Both the position numbers and the translations under genes were made by a program. Below are positions 1-12,700 of a stretch of 64,000 bases of DNA, piece after piece. The DNA lies in assembly GCA_951406725.2 (NCBI GenBank), contig OX597840.1:18476001-18540000 (forward strand). The letters run 5' to 3'. Under the pieces are notes generated by a model. That model was not told the DNA's origin. It saw only the letters and a program-made list of their open reading frames with translations, and ran no database searches. Source of the DNA: Octopus vulgaris (Eukaryota). Position 1 is the first letter of the stretch; the number at the start of each line of letters is the position of its first letter.

Positions 1-30
1 GTAGACGGAAACTGAAAGAAGCCCGTCGTA

Positions 31-70
<40 letters not shown>

Positions 71-806
71 TGTGTGTGTTAGTGTGTCTGTGTTTGTCCC
101 CCTAGCATTGCTTGACAACCGATGCTGGTGTGTTTATGTCCCCGTCACCTAGCAGTTCGGCAAAAGAGACCGATAGAATAAGTACTGGGCTTACAAAGAA
201 TAAGTCCCGGGGTCGAGTTGCTCGACTAAAGGTGGTGCTCCAGCATGGCCGCAGTCAAATGACTGAAACAAGTAAAAGAGTAAAGAGTATGAGGGTCACT
301 CTATTTGACTAATTGTTCTTCCATGTGGTGCCCCAGCATGGCCGTAGAATAATGACTGAAACAAGTAAAAGGAGAAAAGATGACAAAAATGAATTTAGTG
401 ATTCTTGAGTGGTTCTTTTGTTGATGCTGGGTAGATTAAGGGTGGTCTCTGTCACTTTATCCTCATCCTGACAATACACACACCACCACCACTATCACCA
501 CCACTACTACCACAACCACCACCACATACCATGATGCTGGCCACCACCACTAACACCACCACCACCATCTTGCTGCCAACTAGATTCCACTAGAGGTTTT
601 CTTAACAAAATTTGACACCAGCCAACAATGTGATTGCTTCTGTCTGTCTGTGTGTCTATTTATTTATTTATTTATTTATTAAGAGGGTGAGTGGTAGTGG
701 TGGTGGTGGTGGTAATGGTGGTTGCAGCTGTTGTTATTGTTGATAGTGATACTGATAGGGGAGTGTTCTTTTTGTATTGATGGTGGTGGTGCTGTGATTG
801 TAATCA

Positions 807-841
<35 letters not shown>

Positions 842-904
842 CTAGTAGTCATGCTGGTGGTGTGATAGTCCTGTTTGTAGTGTGGTAGTAGTAGTCATGG
901 TGGT

Positions 905-964
<60 letters not shown>

Positions 965-1244
965 TGGTCGTAGTAGTAGCAGTAGTAGTAGTAGTAGTAA
1001 AAGTTGTGATGGTGGTTGTCATCCTGCTATGGTTAGTCTATGGTAGTAGTAATAGTACTAGTATCAGTATTGGTATTACTAACAGTGTTAGTGCTTGCTA
1101 GTGCTGGGCAGAGCTAGAGGTGGTGGAGGTGGTGTTGCTGCTGCTGCTGCTGCTGGTGGTGGTGGTGGGACATTTTTACTATTGTTGCCATGGTGATATT
1201 GCTGTTTTGGATGATGGTAGTGGTAATAGTAGCAGCAGAAGCAG

Positions 1245-1420
1245 TAAAGGCCTGAAATTTTGGTGGGAAGGAGACAAGCCAATTACACTGACCCCAACCC
1301 CCATGCTCAACTGGTACTTATTTTATGGACCCCTGAAAGGATCAAAGACAAAGCCAACCTCAGTGGAATTTGAACTCAGCTTTTTTACCCTGTGTGGTAA
1401 CGATTCTGCCAGCTCACACC

Positions 1421-1455
<35 letters not shown>

Positions 1456-1851
1456 TCTTTCTATTATAGGCACAAGGCCTGAAATTTGGTGGGAGGGGCT
1501 AGTTGATTACATCGATTCCAGTACTTGACTGGTAATTAATTTAAGGACCTCAAAAAGATGAAAGGCAAAGTCGACCTTGGTGGAATTTGAACTCAGAATG
1601 TAGCGACAGATGAAATACCTATTTCTTTATTACCCATAAGGAGCTGAATATTAGAGGGGACAAACAAAGACAGACATAGGTATTAAGTCCATTACATCGA
1701 CCCCAGTGCGTAACTGGTACTTAATTTATCGACCCCGAAAGGATGAAAGGTAAAGTCGACCTCGTCAGAATTTGAACTCACAATGTAATGGCAGACGAAA
1801 TATCACTAAGCAATTTGTCTGGCATGCTAACAATTCTGCCAGCACAGCGCC

Positions 1852-1887
<36 letters not shown>

Positions 1888-2945
1888 GTTTCAAATTTTG
1901 GCACAAGGCCAGCAACTTCGGGGAAGGGGTTAAATCAGTTAAAGTGATCCCAGTGCTCTTAATTTATTGACCCTGAAAGGATAAAAGGTAAAGTCGCCCT
2001 CGGTGGAATTTGAACTCAGAATGTAAAGATTTATGAAATGCTGTTAAGTATTTTGTCCACCATGTTAACGGTTCTGCCAGTTCACCACGTTGATAATAAT
2101 AACAATAATAATAATAATAATAATCCTTTCTTCTATAGGCACAAGGCCTGAACTTATGGGGGAGGTAGGGAAGTTGATTACATCGACCCCCACCCAGTAT
2201 TCAACTAGTACTTAATTTAGTGACTCCGAAAGGATGAAAGGCAAAGTCGCCCTCTACGGAATTTGATCTCGGGACATAACAATGGGCGAAATAACCGCTA
2301 AGCATTTCGCCCAGTGTGCTATCCGTTCCGCCTGCTTCCTGCCTTACAAATAATAATAATAATCCTTTCTATTATAGGCACAAGGCCCGAAGCTTTGGGG
2401 GAGGGGACTAGTCGATTACATCGACCCCAGAATTTCACTGCTACTTAATTTATCAACCCCAAAGGAATGAAAGGCATAGTTGCCCTCGGTGGAATTTGAA
2501 CTCAGAATGTAACTTTGGGCGAAATAACTGCTAAGTATTTCACTAGGCGTGCTTACAATTCTGCTATCTCGCTGCCTTAATTAATAATAATAATGATAAT
2601 GATGATGATTTCAAATTTCGGCACAAGGCCAGCATTTTCGGGGGTGTGGTGTAAGTCGGATGTAACTGACCCTGAAAGGATGAAAGGCAAAGTTGAAGTC
2701 AACCTTGGCAGGATTTGAACTCAGAATGTAAAAACAGACAAAATGTTGCTAACCATTTTGCCTGGCTCACCACCTTGATGATGATGATGATGATGATGAT
2801 GATAATCCTTTCTACTAAAGGCACAGGGCCTGAAGTATTTTGAGGGAGGGGTCTAGTTGATTACATCCACCACCCACCCACTGGTACTGAAAAGGTGAAA
2901 GGCAAAGTCAGAGTTGACATCAGCAGAATTTGAACTCAGAACAAA
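1245..2945 (-). mobile_element. Head-to-tail cluster of about 8 copies of the second SINE family separated by (AAT)n/(GAT)n
   Basis: Repeated GAAAGGATGAAAGGCAAAGTCGACC..GGAATTTGAACTCAG units, each flanked by AAT repeats. Confidence 0.85.
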
Positions 2946-3080
2946 GAGAGGCATTGGTGTCAAAAGTACCATACAAGTTATGTTGTAGTAGTAACAGCAG
3001 TATTATTCTTATTCTTCTTCTTCTTATTATTATTATTATTATTATTATTGTTATTATTATTATTGTTATTATTATTATTA

Positions 3081-3141
<61 letters not shown>

Positions 3142-4033
3142 GGCGGTGAGCTGGCAGAATGGTTAGCACACTGGACAAAATGTTTAGCAGTATTTCGCCT
3201 GTTGATACATTCTGAGTTCAAATTCAGCTGAGGTCGACTTTGCCTTTTGTCCTTTCGGAGTTGATAAATTAAGTACCAGTTGCACACTACGGTAGATGTA
3301 ATCGTCTGGTCTCCTCCCTACAAAATCTTGGTATTGAGCCTATAGTAGAAAGGATTACTATTATTATTATTATTATTATTATTTGTAGCAGTAGTAGTAG
3401 TATAGGTAATCATGGTGGTGAAGGAGCATTGTTGTTGCTGTTGTTGTGTGAAATAGTGGTGGTATTAATAACAACAGTAAATAAGTTCTAGTGTAGTAAT
3501 GGTCGTGTATTTTAAAAGTAGTAGATAGGTCATGTAGTAGTAGTTGTAATAGTAGTAGCTACAATAGTAGTATGTGTGGCTGTCCTGGTGGTGGTGAAAG
3601 ACTGGTGATGTTGTGGGTTGGGCGTCAAAAGTCGGGAGACTAAACTTTATTATATTTTAAAGTTGAATATTTTTTTCTTTTCAATTGACATTTAATCTGA
3701 CCTCTGACCTTGACCTCGTTTCTTTTTAACAACAAGACAATAAGAATGTCCTATTTTGTTTCATTTTATTTTATTTTTTAATTTATTGTAAACTGTTCTT
3801 GAAGCAGAAATAAGGCTGAAGGCATGTGAAACACACACACACACTCACACACACACACACACACATGCATGTGTATAGACACATGTAGCTACTCACAAAC
3901 ACACACACACCCAGATTTATGTGTACCACACACAGCCACGTGTTTATACATATACTCATGCACAAACAAGCTCATGCACATGAATATATACATAAAGAGA
4001 CATGCCCGCATCTGTGGGTGTGTATATATGTGA

Positions 4034-4100
<67 letters not shown>

Positions 4101-4651
4101 TATATAGTGAGAATTCACAAAAAAAACAGGACGAAGACAGGTGGTGTAGACAACAAGCAGATGTATTAGTTTAACGCTCGGGAAGTGAAAAAGTCTTTAA
4201 CATTTCGAGCCTATGCTCTTCAGTGGTGCTCCAGCATGGCCACAGTCAAATGACTGAAGCAATAAAAAAAATATATACCTATATATATACACACACACAC
4301 ATGTTTATATATATATGCTGTATATGCATATATAGACGCAGGTGTGGCTGTGTGGTAAGTAGCTTGCTTACCAACCACATGGTTCCAGGTTCAGTCCCAT
4401 TGCATGACAGCCTTGGGCTGAGACGGAAACTGAGAGAAGCCCGTCATATACGTTTGTGTGTCTGTGTTTGTCCTCCCCAGTATTGCTTGACAACCAATGC
4501 TGGTATGCTTACGTAACTTAGCGGCTCGGCAAAAGAGACTGATAGAATGAGTAATAGGCTTACAAAGAATAAGTCCTGGGGTCGATTTGTTCGACTAAAG
4601 GCAGTGCTCCAGCATGGCCGCAGTCAAATGACTGAAATAAATAAAAAAAAG

Positions 4652-4685
<34 letters not shown>

Positions 4686-4686
<1 letters not shown>

Positions 4687-4856
4687 GTAAGGAAATTTTT
4701 TAAAAATGCAGAATGCTCAAATGAAAGAAAATTTTAATAAAATGAGAAAATGATAAAATATATATTTATATAATTTATATATTTTATCATTTTCTCATTT
4801 TATTAAAATTTTCTTTCATTTGAGCATTCTGCATTTTTAAAAAAATTTTCCTTACT
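4686..4856. repeat. AT-rich near-perfect palindrome (~80-bp arms)
   Basis: agtaaggaaatttttt...gataaaatata / tatattttatc...aaaattttccttact. Confidence 0.85.
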
Positions 4857-5488
4857 TATCATTTCTCCACGTGCGGTCAACACAACCCCACCATTTATTG
4901 ATCTATATATATATATATATGTAAATATAATGGCCTCCCACAGTGTTAGATAACATTATGAAAGTTCTGTAATTTCTTGCTGAAGAAACAGATTATTTGC
5001 TTATAGTGATCAAATGTTTGTTTTCACGTCAACTCACTCCCTTCATCAAATCGACATTATCTGTACAAGTGCATGACATACCACATGTCAAGTGACAAAA
5101 TGATCACAGAGGAATGTAAAATGATGATGATATGTGTATGTATATATATGTGTATGTATGTATGTATATATGTATACATATATTATCATCATTTAACATC
5201 CGTTTTCCATGCTGGCATGGGTTGGACAGTTTGATTAAGGTCTAGAGAGCACAACAGGTGCGTGCCACTGGCACAGGAGCCAGTCAGGCAGCACTGGCAT
5301 TGACCACGTTCGGATAATGCTTTTTACATGCCACCAGAACAGGGGTCAGTGGCCATAGCTACGACTTTGGTTTTACTTGACTCAATAGGTCTTCTCAAGC
5401 ATATCATATTGCCAAAATGCATCAGAGGTACTTTTAAACGGGCCAGACATGCAACACTGGCATTGGCCATTGCTGCAATCTCACTTTC

Positions 5489-6256
5489 AGGTCGAGTAGC
5501 TCATCTCGCTCAAAAGGTCTGTTTTGAATAAGGGTTGTTTAAGGATGTTGAACAAAACACCCATGTTTCCAAAGGTGAATTATCCAAACCCCAAAGAATT
5601 CCTCTCAATACATGGCTATGATGCTCCCCAACTAATTCTGCTCATGATCAGAGTTGCACATATTGTCAGCCACTAAGGGACATAATCAACTGCTTAAGGT
5701 CAAACAACTGACAAGCATATATGCTGTAGCCCATCTTATTATTATTATTATTCAGTGAGAGAGTAGTGCATGCCATCAAAGTGACACTGGGGTAAAATAT
5801 ATGAAGCCCAGTATACCCATCATGACTACACATCTGATAAGGGTACACCAGGCACATAATCACAACCATATGTGTGCAACATGGTGATCTCATATCAAGA
5901 TAAACAGCACATGACCTTGCAGGTAGGACCCAGTTAGAATTTTGTTCTGGTCGAGTAACCCATTCTGCTCACAAGGTCCCTGAATAAGGGTTGTTTAAGG
6001 ATGTTGGACTAACCACCCATGTTTCCAGAGGTGAATTATCCAAACCCCAAAGAATCCCTCTCAACACATGGCTATGATGCTCCCCTTCTACTCATGATCA
6101 GAGATGCACATATTGTCAGCCACTAAGGGACATAATCAACTGGTTAAGGTCAAACAACTGACAAGCAAATCTGTGGTACTGAGCAGAATATTTGTTGCAG
6201 CCCATCTTTTATACCAAGACAAAACAATGTACATGATAACACTTCCAATCAGTTAA
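5489..6256 (-). mobile_element. Two tandem fragments of a non-LTR retroelement 3' UTR with (AAT)n tail
   Basis: 5489-5735 repeats at 5950-6205; (ATT)n junction at 5737-5752. Confidence 0.6.
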
Positions 6257-6501
6257 TTATTATTATTATTATTAAATAAGGCAGCAAGCTGGCAGAATCG
6301 TTAGCACACTGGACAAAATGCTTAGGGTCATTTTGTCTGTCTTTATGTTCTGAGTTCAAATTCTGCCATGGTTGACTCTACTTGTAATACTCTCAAGATC
6401 TGTAAAATAAGTACCAGTGATGTGCTGGGGTCAATGTGAATCGAGTTCCCAACCTCCCTCAAAATTCCTGACATGTGCCAAGATTGGCTAGAATTATTCA
6501 T

Positions 6502-6890
6502 AATAACCCACTGAGGCCAACTTAATGCCATTCAACGGGTAGTGTCAGAGCTATGCCGCCAGGAACTTCGGTTCCTGGTAGGGCCAACCAAGGCGGATTG
6601 GTCTGACACCGAGTGGTATTAAGGCCACAACCCGGCAGACGGGGTTCTGGTGAAAATCCTCGGAGTGTCTGCTTCGGCAACCGGCGGCTCCTCAGTCGTT
6701 CTGTCCCTGCGTCTGCAGACAATCTGCAGCAAACAGGATGTCTCCACATGCGGGATTGTTGGGGACCTCTTGTGAAATCCACATATTTCCACAAAACTTC
6801 TTCCATGAACTTCCTCGATGGCTCGAGGGTGCTAGAAGAAGCCGACTCAACCCGCCCAGGGTGAATGTCGCCACAAGTACAAGTAAGTAC
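6502..6890 (+). mobile_element. Short non-autonomous RTE-derived retroelement (structured 5' part plus CAAGTA tail)
   Basis: AGAGCTATGCCG...CTGGTAGGG motif like RTE/Expander 5' UTRs; tail acaagtacaagtaagta; candidate TSD ATTCAT at 6496-6501 and 6891-6896. Confidence 0.65.
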
Positions 6891-7533
6891 ATTCATCCCT
6901 TTGGGTGGATGGGGAAGCAGGGAGGGCTCAAATAGACTCACCCCCTCACCTCAAAATCTATGACCTTGTTCCAAAATTAGAATTATTCATCATCATCATC
7001 ATCATATTTCGAATTTCTGGGAAGGTTTGGAAATTTAAGGTTGAGTCCTGTGTGCATGTGTATGTATGTATGTATGTGGGGCGGAAAGGGGTTGTGTGTG
7101 TTTTGTGAGCAGCTCTGCCGGATGAGATAAGGAAATGTTTTTTTTTATTTTTCATATCTAACAAGAATAGTTTATTTATTCTTATATACGCAAACACATT
7201 CACACATTTTACACAATGCTTTCACACACACATGCACGTGTGCATGTGTGTGCACATACACACTTGTATGTATGCATGCACACATGCATCAATACACACC
7301 CAACCGGTCTTCTGTACTTCTTCATTTTCCCTTCTTCTCTCTCTCCCTCTCTCTCTCCCTCTCCCTCTCTCTCTCTCCTCTCTCAACCTCTCTCCTTTTC
7401 ACCTTTTACTTCCCCACTTCTATTCTGCATATATCTCTCTTACCTTCTCTCTCTCTCTCTCTCATCCCCCTCTTTCTCTCCCATTTTCTCTCCCTCTCTC
7501 TCTCTCTCACATACACTCCCCTCCTTTTGTTAG

Positions 7534-7549
7534 CAACAAGCAACCACAG
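7534..7549 (+). CDS. Candidate 16-nt micro-exon of integrin beta (QQATT+g)
   Basis: Follows a 200-nt pyrimidine tract ending ttttgttag; ends cag|gtgtga; its phase-1 end would fit the 8856 exon; the donor is weak. Confidence 0.3.
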
Positions 7550-7656
7550 GTGTGATGGATCACTCATTCCTCTCTCTCTCTCTCTCTTTCTCCTTCCTCC
7601 CTTCCCCCTCTCTCTCCTTTCTCTATCTCTCTCACCCTTTATATATATGTTTGTGC

Positions 7657-7704
<48 letters not shown>

Positions 7705-8275
7705 ATATATACTATAAAACTTTGATTGAGTCCTTTCATCAACAAATGTCTATTGTTGTTCAGTTATTAACAATATTTATGTATGTATGTATAATGTATA
7801 TAGTACATATATAATATAAAAGTGTGTGTGTCACGCTCCGAGTGTTAAACTAATACATCTATTTGTTGTCTGCACCACCTGTCTTCGTTTTTTGCCTTTT
7901 TGTGAATTCTCCCTATATATATGTATATATATATATAATAACAAATTAATAAATAAAACATATGCATATATACATACATATATGTACGTACCTACATCTA
8001 CATGTATATATACATGCATATATGGGTACAGGACACCAAAAAAACGTCGAAGACAATGAGAAACGACAACATAAACACAAAACCAAGGAACTGGACATTT
8101 TTCTTAAACAACAAAAAAATAGAGTACAGGACATACAACACAAGGAAAATTCCCCTTCTATATATATAGCTGAAATTTACAGAAAGACAAAAGATGAGGA
8201 CAGGCATCAAACTAATACACCTGTTCCTTGTTACAAGTAGGTGTATTAGTTCGACACTTGGGAAAATGTAAAAGT

Positions 8276-8311
8276 CTTTTACGTTTCGAGCCTATGCTCT
8301 TCAACAGAAAG
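8276..8311 (-). ncRNA. Minimal hammerhead-like motif (A6U variant); copies at 47817-47852(-) and truncated ~4196-4223(-)
   Basis: Reverse complement cttt CTGTTGA a gagc-atag-gctc GAAA CGTA aaag. Confidence 0.5.
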
Positions 8312-8524
8312 GAATAAGAGAAAAAAGGGGGAATGAAAAAAAAACTTGTAGATTTAGCAAGCTACTTACCACATAGCCACTCCTACGCCTTAATTTATTG
8401 ACCCTAAAATGATGAAAGGCAAAGTTGATCTTGGCAGAATTTGAACTTGGAACATAGGAATGGGCAAAATACCACTAATCATTTCGCCCAGTACGCTAAT
8501 GATTCAACCACCTTTGCTGCCTTA

Positions 8525-8811
8525 AATAATAATAATTAATAATAATAACAATAATAATAATTAATAATAATAACAATAATAATAATAATTAATAATAATA
8601 ATAACAATAATAATTAATAATAATAATAATAATAACAATAATAATTAATAATAATAATAATAATAACAATAATAATTAATAATAACAATAATATTAATTA
8701 ATAACAATAATAATTAATAACATTAATAATAATAATAATAATTAATAATAACAATAATATTAATAATAATTAATAATAATAATAATAATTAATAATAATA
8801 ATAATAATAAT
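8525..8811. repeat. (AAT)n-based microsatellite
   Basis: Read directly from the sequence. Confidence 0.95.
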
Positions 8812-8855
8812 ATATGTAATAAATATATATCTAATATCTTCTTTTTTTATTCCAG

Positions 8856-8959
8856 AGAAATACACTTCCGAAGAAGAGAGTAAGAATCCCTGTACAAAAC
8901 ACGAAACTTGTGGTCAATGTATTTCATCAAGTGTCAACTGCACGTGGTGTACTCTTAAC
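8856..8959 (+). CDS. ITGB: Integrin beta exon, PSI domain ([34 protein letters not shown])
   Basis: ttccag|...|gtaagt; phase 1 in, 0 out; C-x5-C-xx-C...C-x-W-C PSI signature. Confidence 0.93.
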
Positions 8960-9401
8960 GTAAGTGAAGTTTTCCTTTCCATCAAGCTCTAATTTCAGAG
9001 ATATTTGGCTACTATTTCTAGCATGATGAGCAACCACCATTTTTTTTTTTTTTTGGCCAACACAAATTATGACAATTTTCTTGGGATTCTGTTTTCTATG
9101 CTCCTTATGTTTATTTGACCAAGCATACTGACCATTGGTGTTTGGGATCGTTAACTGAGCCCATGCTGGTCATGGACTGGGTATACTGTGTCCCTGGGGG
9201 TTGTGAGAGGTGGCTAAAGCAGCTGGAATCAGGAGAGGCGGCATTGGTGTTGTCATCATCATCACTATTTAGAGTCCACTTTTCAATGCTTGTTTCGAAG
9301 TGAAGTAATATTTGGCCATGGCTGGACATGTCTCTCCACTGCACTGGGAGTGACACTGCTCTTTAATTGCAAGAAAAGGGGACACACACATTCACACACA
9401 C

Positions 9402-9453
<52 letters not shown>

Positions 9454-9653
9454 CATTCACACACACACACATTCATTCCCACACACACACACACACGTTC
9501 ATTCACTCACACACACACGTTCATTCACACACACACACATTCACACACTTACTCATACACAATTTACACATTCACATGCATACGCATGCACATTTATGCA
9601 CATACTCACACACATACACATGTGCACACACTAACACAAAAATACACACACAG

Positions 9654-9703
<50 letters not shown>

Positions 9704-12700
9704 GTGTGTGCTATAAGCTTCTATCAGTTTCCATCTGTCAGATCCACTCCCAAGCTATTGGTTGGCCCAGATTTTCTGTCACAAACACTTGCCTAAGGCA
9801 GCATTGTGAGGTAGGACTGAACCTTGAATCATGTGGTTGGGAAGAAAACTTCTTACCACACAACCACGCCGGGAATATTGTTATTAAAACACTGCCTTAG
9901 CCATTTGACCTCTGCCAGTATGGAAAAAAAACAGATCTGAAATGATGATGGTGTTGATGATGGTGGTGGTGGTGGTTTATGGATTGAACTGACTAGGGAC
10001 TAGTCATAGGCTAGTTGTTGATTGACAATAGATTGGCTAAATACTGACCATAGATTTGTCATGGAATGAGTATTGTATACCGCTCTGTTCAAAGTCTCCC
10101 TTGACCTCAAGTGGCCTGAACTCTTTACATGAACACCACCCTGTACATAACTCCATGTCCCCCTACATGGCCTAGCTTTTTGCTTTTTGAGCCAAATTAC
10201 TGTAATGTACTGACCACAGACTAGTCATAGAATAACCATGGCTGGTCAAATACTGACCATAAGCAGGTCAAATTTTAGCCATAAGCTGGCCAAATACTGA
10301 TCATAAGCTGACCAAATACTGATCATAAGCTGGTCAAATATTGACAAGCTACCGGACAAGATAGTGAAGATACTGACAACCGCTCGGTTCAAAGTCTCCT
10401 TGACCAGAAATGGCCTGAACTCTTTGCATGAACACCACCCTGTACATAACTCCATGTCCCCCTACATGGCCTTGCTTTTTGCTTTTTGAGCCAAAAAATT
10501 AACTTAACTTAACAAATACTCACTGTAAGCTGGCCAAATGCTGATCATATGTAGGCTAAATATTTACGATCAGTTGACTAAATACTGACCACAAGCTGGA
10601 CAAATACTTACTATAAGCTGGCTAATTACTGACCACAGATTGGCCAAATATTGACCATAGTCTGGCTACCCCAGACGTAACTCCTCTTGCAACTTTGAAC
10701 TGAGCACTAGTTTCATAGTAATGAGAGCAGGAGTGTATATAGACGTAGATGATAGTGAGTATATATAAATCTTAATTATATACTTTATACTTCACTAATT
10801 ATAGCTACTGCCTAATTAGTGCGTACCTTCGTTAACAAACTTCAAAAATTGGTGGTCTGCTACTGTTGTTTCTGTCTACAATGAAATGCATAACAGCAAA
10901 GGAGAGGGAGGGAGCGGCATTAACAAAATTGGTAGAGCATCAGATGGAATATTTTGTGATATTTTGTTGTGGTGCTTTGTGTGAATTCGAACCCTTTTGG
11001 GGGTTTGGAGGAAACTTTTATTTTCATCCTTCCAGAGTGTTATGATGTGAGTGTACATGCTGGGTGTAAAGCAGTATTGGGTTGGGGCAAAATTATTGCA
11101 GCTTTTTTTCAACAAATTTTATTCAACAAAAACAATAACATGTAACAAAAACATCTTTGACCCTTTAGCATTTAAACCGGCCCCTTATCCAGCCCAAATA
11201 TTCTACTTGTTTTATGTCCAAACTGGCCCAATTTGGCCTCTCAAACCTACTCTACAATGTCATTCTAAAGATAAACAATCACACCATTGAAATCCCCAAA
11301 CTATGAGATAAAGTATGATTAATTCAAATCAATGTGAAGGCAGAAGCATGGCATTTGGCAGAGTAACCAGAATACTAAAGGGTTAAATAATGATCTGACC
11401 ATCTGCCAAGCAGTAATTGAAGTGGATGGTGAATATGCTCCAGAATAATCATTTAACCCTTCAGTGTTCAGATTATTCTGTCGATTGTGATGTTTGTTTA
11501 TTTAAAATGGTTTGAATTAATTCTGCATTATCTTGTAGTTTAGAGATTTCAGTCATGTGATTTTTTTAGTTTTAGAATGACATGGTAGGGCTGAGGTGAG
11601 AGGCGAGATCTGGTCAGTTTTAATATAAAACAGGTTAAATATTTTGGCCAAATACGGCCGGTTTGAATGCTAAAGAGTTAAAGATGTTTCTGTTACATGT
11701 TGTTATTGTTTTTGTTGAATAAAATTTGTTGAAAAAAAGCTGCAATAATTATGCACCAGCCCAATATTACCCGAATAAATATTTGGATGTGGTTATCTAA
11801 AATAATCCAAGCACAGAATTATTATGTTTATACAAGATGCACTCTGTACTGCTTGAACGTAGACATGATATTAAACCAACTCACATCGCACTAGCACAGT
11901 AACCAATACAGTCGACCAACACTGTCATCTGCCCTGACAGTTCACACAGTTTTTTATTTATGCCAGAGCAGCCAGCCAAGAACACCATCCAAGCGTGATC
12001 GTTGCCAGAGCAGCCAGCTGGCTTCCGTGCTAGTGGTATGTAAAAGGGCACCATTCGAGCGTGATCGTTACCAACGTCGCCTTACTGGCACCTGTGCCGG
12101 TGATATGTGTAAAAAGATTCAAGCGAGGTCATTGCCAGTACCGCCTGACTGACCCCCATGCTGGTGGCACGTAAAAAGCATCCACTACACTCTCGGAGTG
12201 GTTGGCATTAGGAAGGGCATCCAGCTGTAGAAACTCTGCCAGATCAAGATTGGAGTCTGGTGCAGCCATCTGGTTCACCAGCCCTCAGTCAATCGTCCAA
12301 CCCATGCTAGCATGGAAAGTGGACGTTAAGCGATGATGATGATGATGATGATGATGAAACGCATTAGTCCACTTTCAGTCATGTGGGAATATACAGGGGG
12401 TTAATTTGCTTGTCTCTGATCCTACATACGTCTTTGTGCTTATGTTTGCTCCCCACCTGCCCACCACTTGATAGAGTTGGTTTGTTATGTCTCTGTAACT
12501 TATTAGTTCAGCAAAAAGAGACCAATAGGCATAAAATACAAAAGAAATATGTACTAGGTTTGATTTGTTTGACTAAACCCTTCAAGGCGGTGCCCCAGTA
12601 TGGCCACAGTCCAATGACTGAAACAAGTAAAAGATAAAAACTTTTTGGAAATTAATTTCATCACTATCTGAAACGAACTCCCAGTACCCCATGAAATGGT

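Noticed and set aside
1120-1482. Poly-Leu/Val ORF as the integrin signal-peptide exon
   Set aside because: It has a non-ATG start, derives from (CTG)/(GTG) repeats and a SINE, and has no suitable donor.
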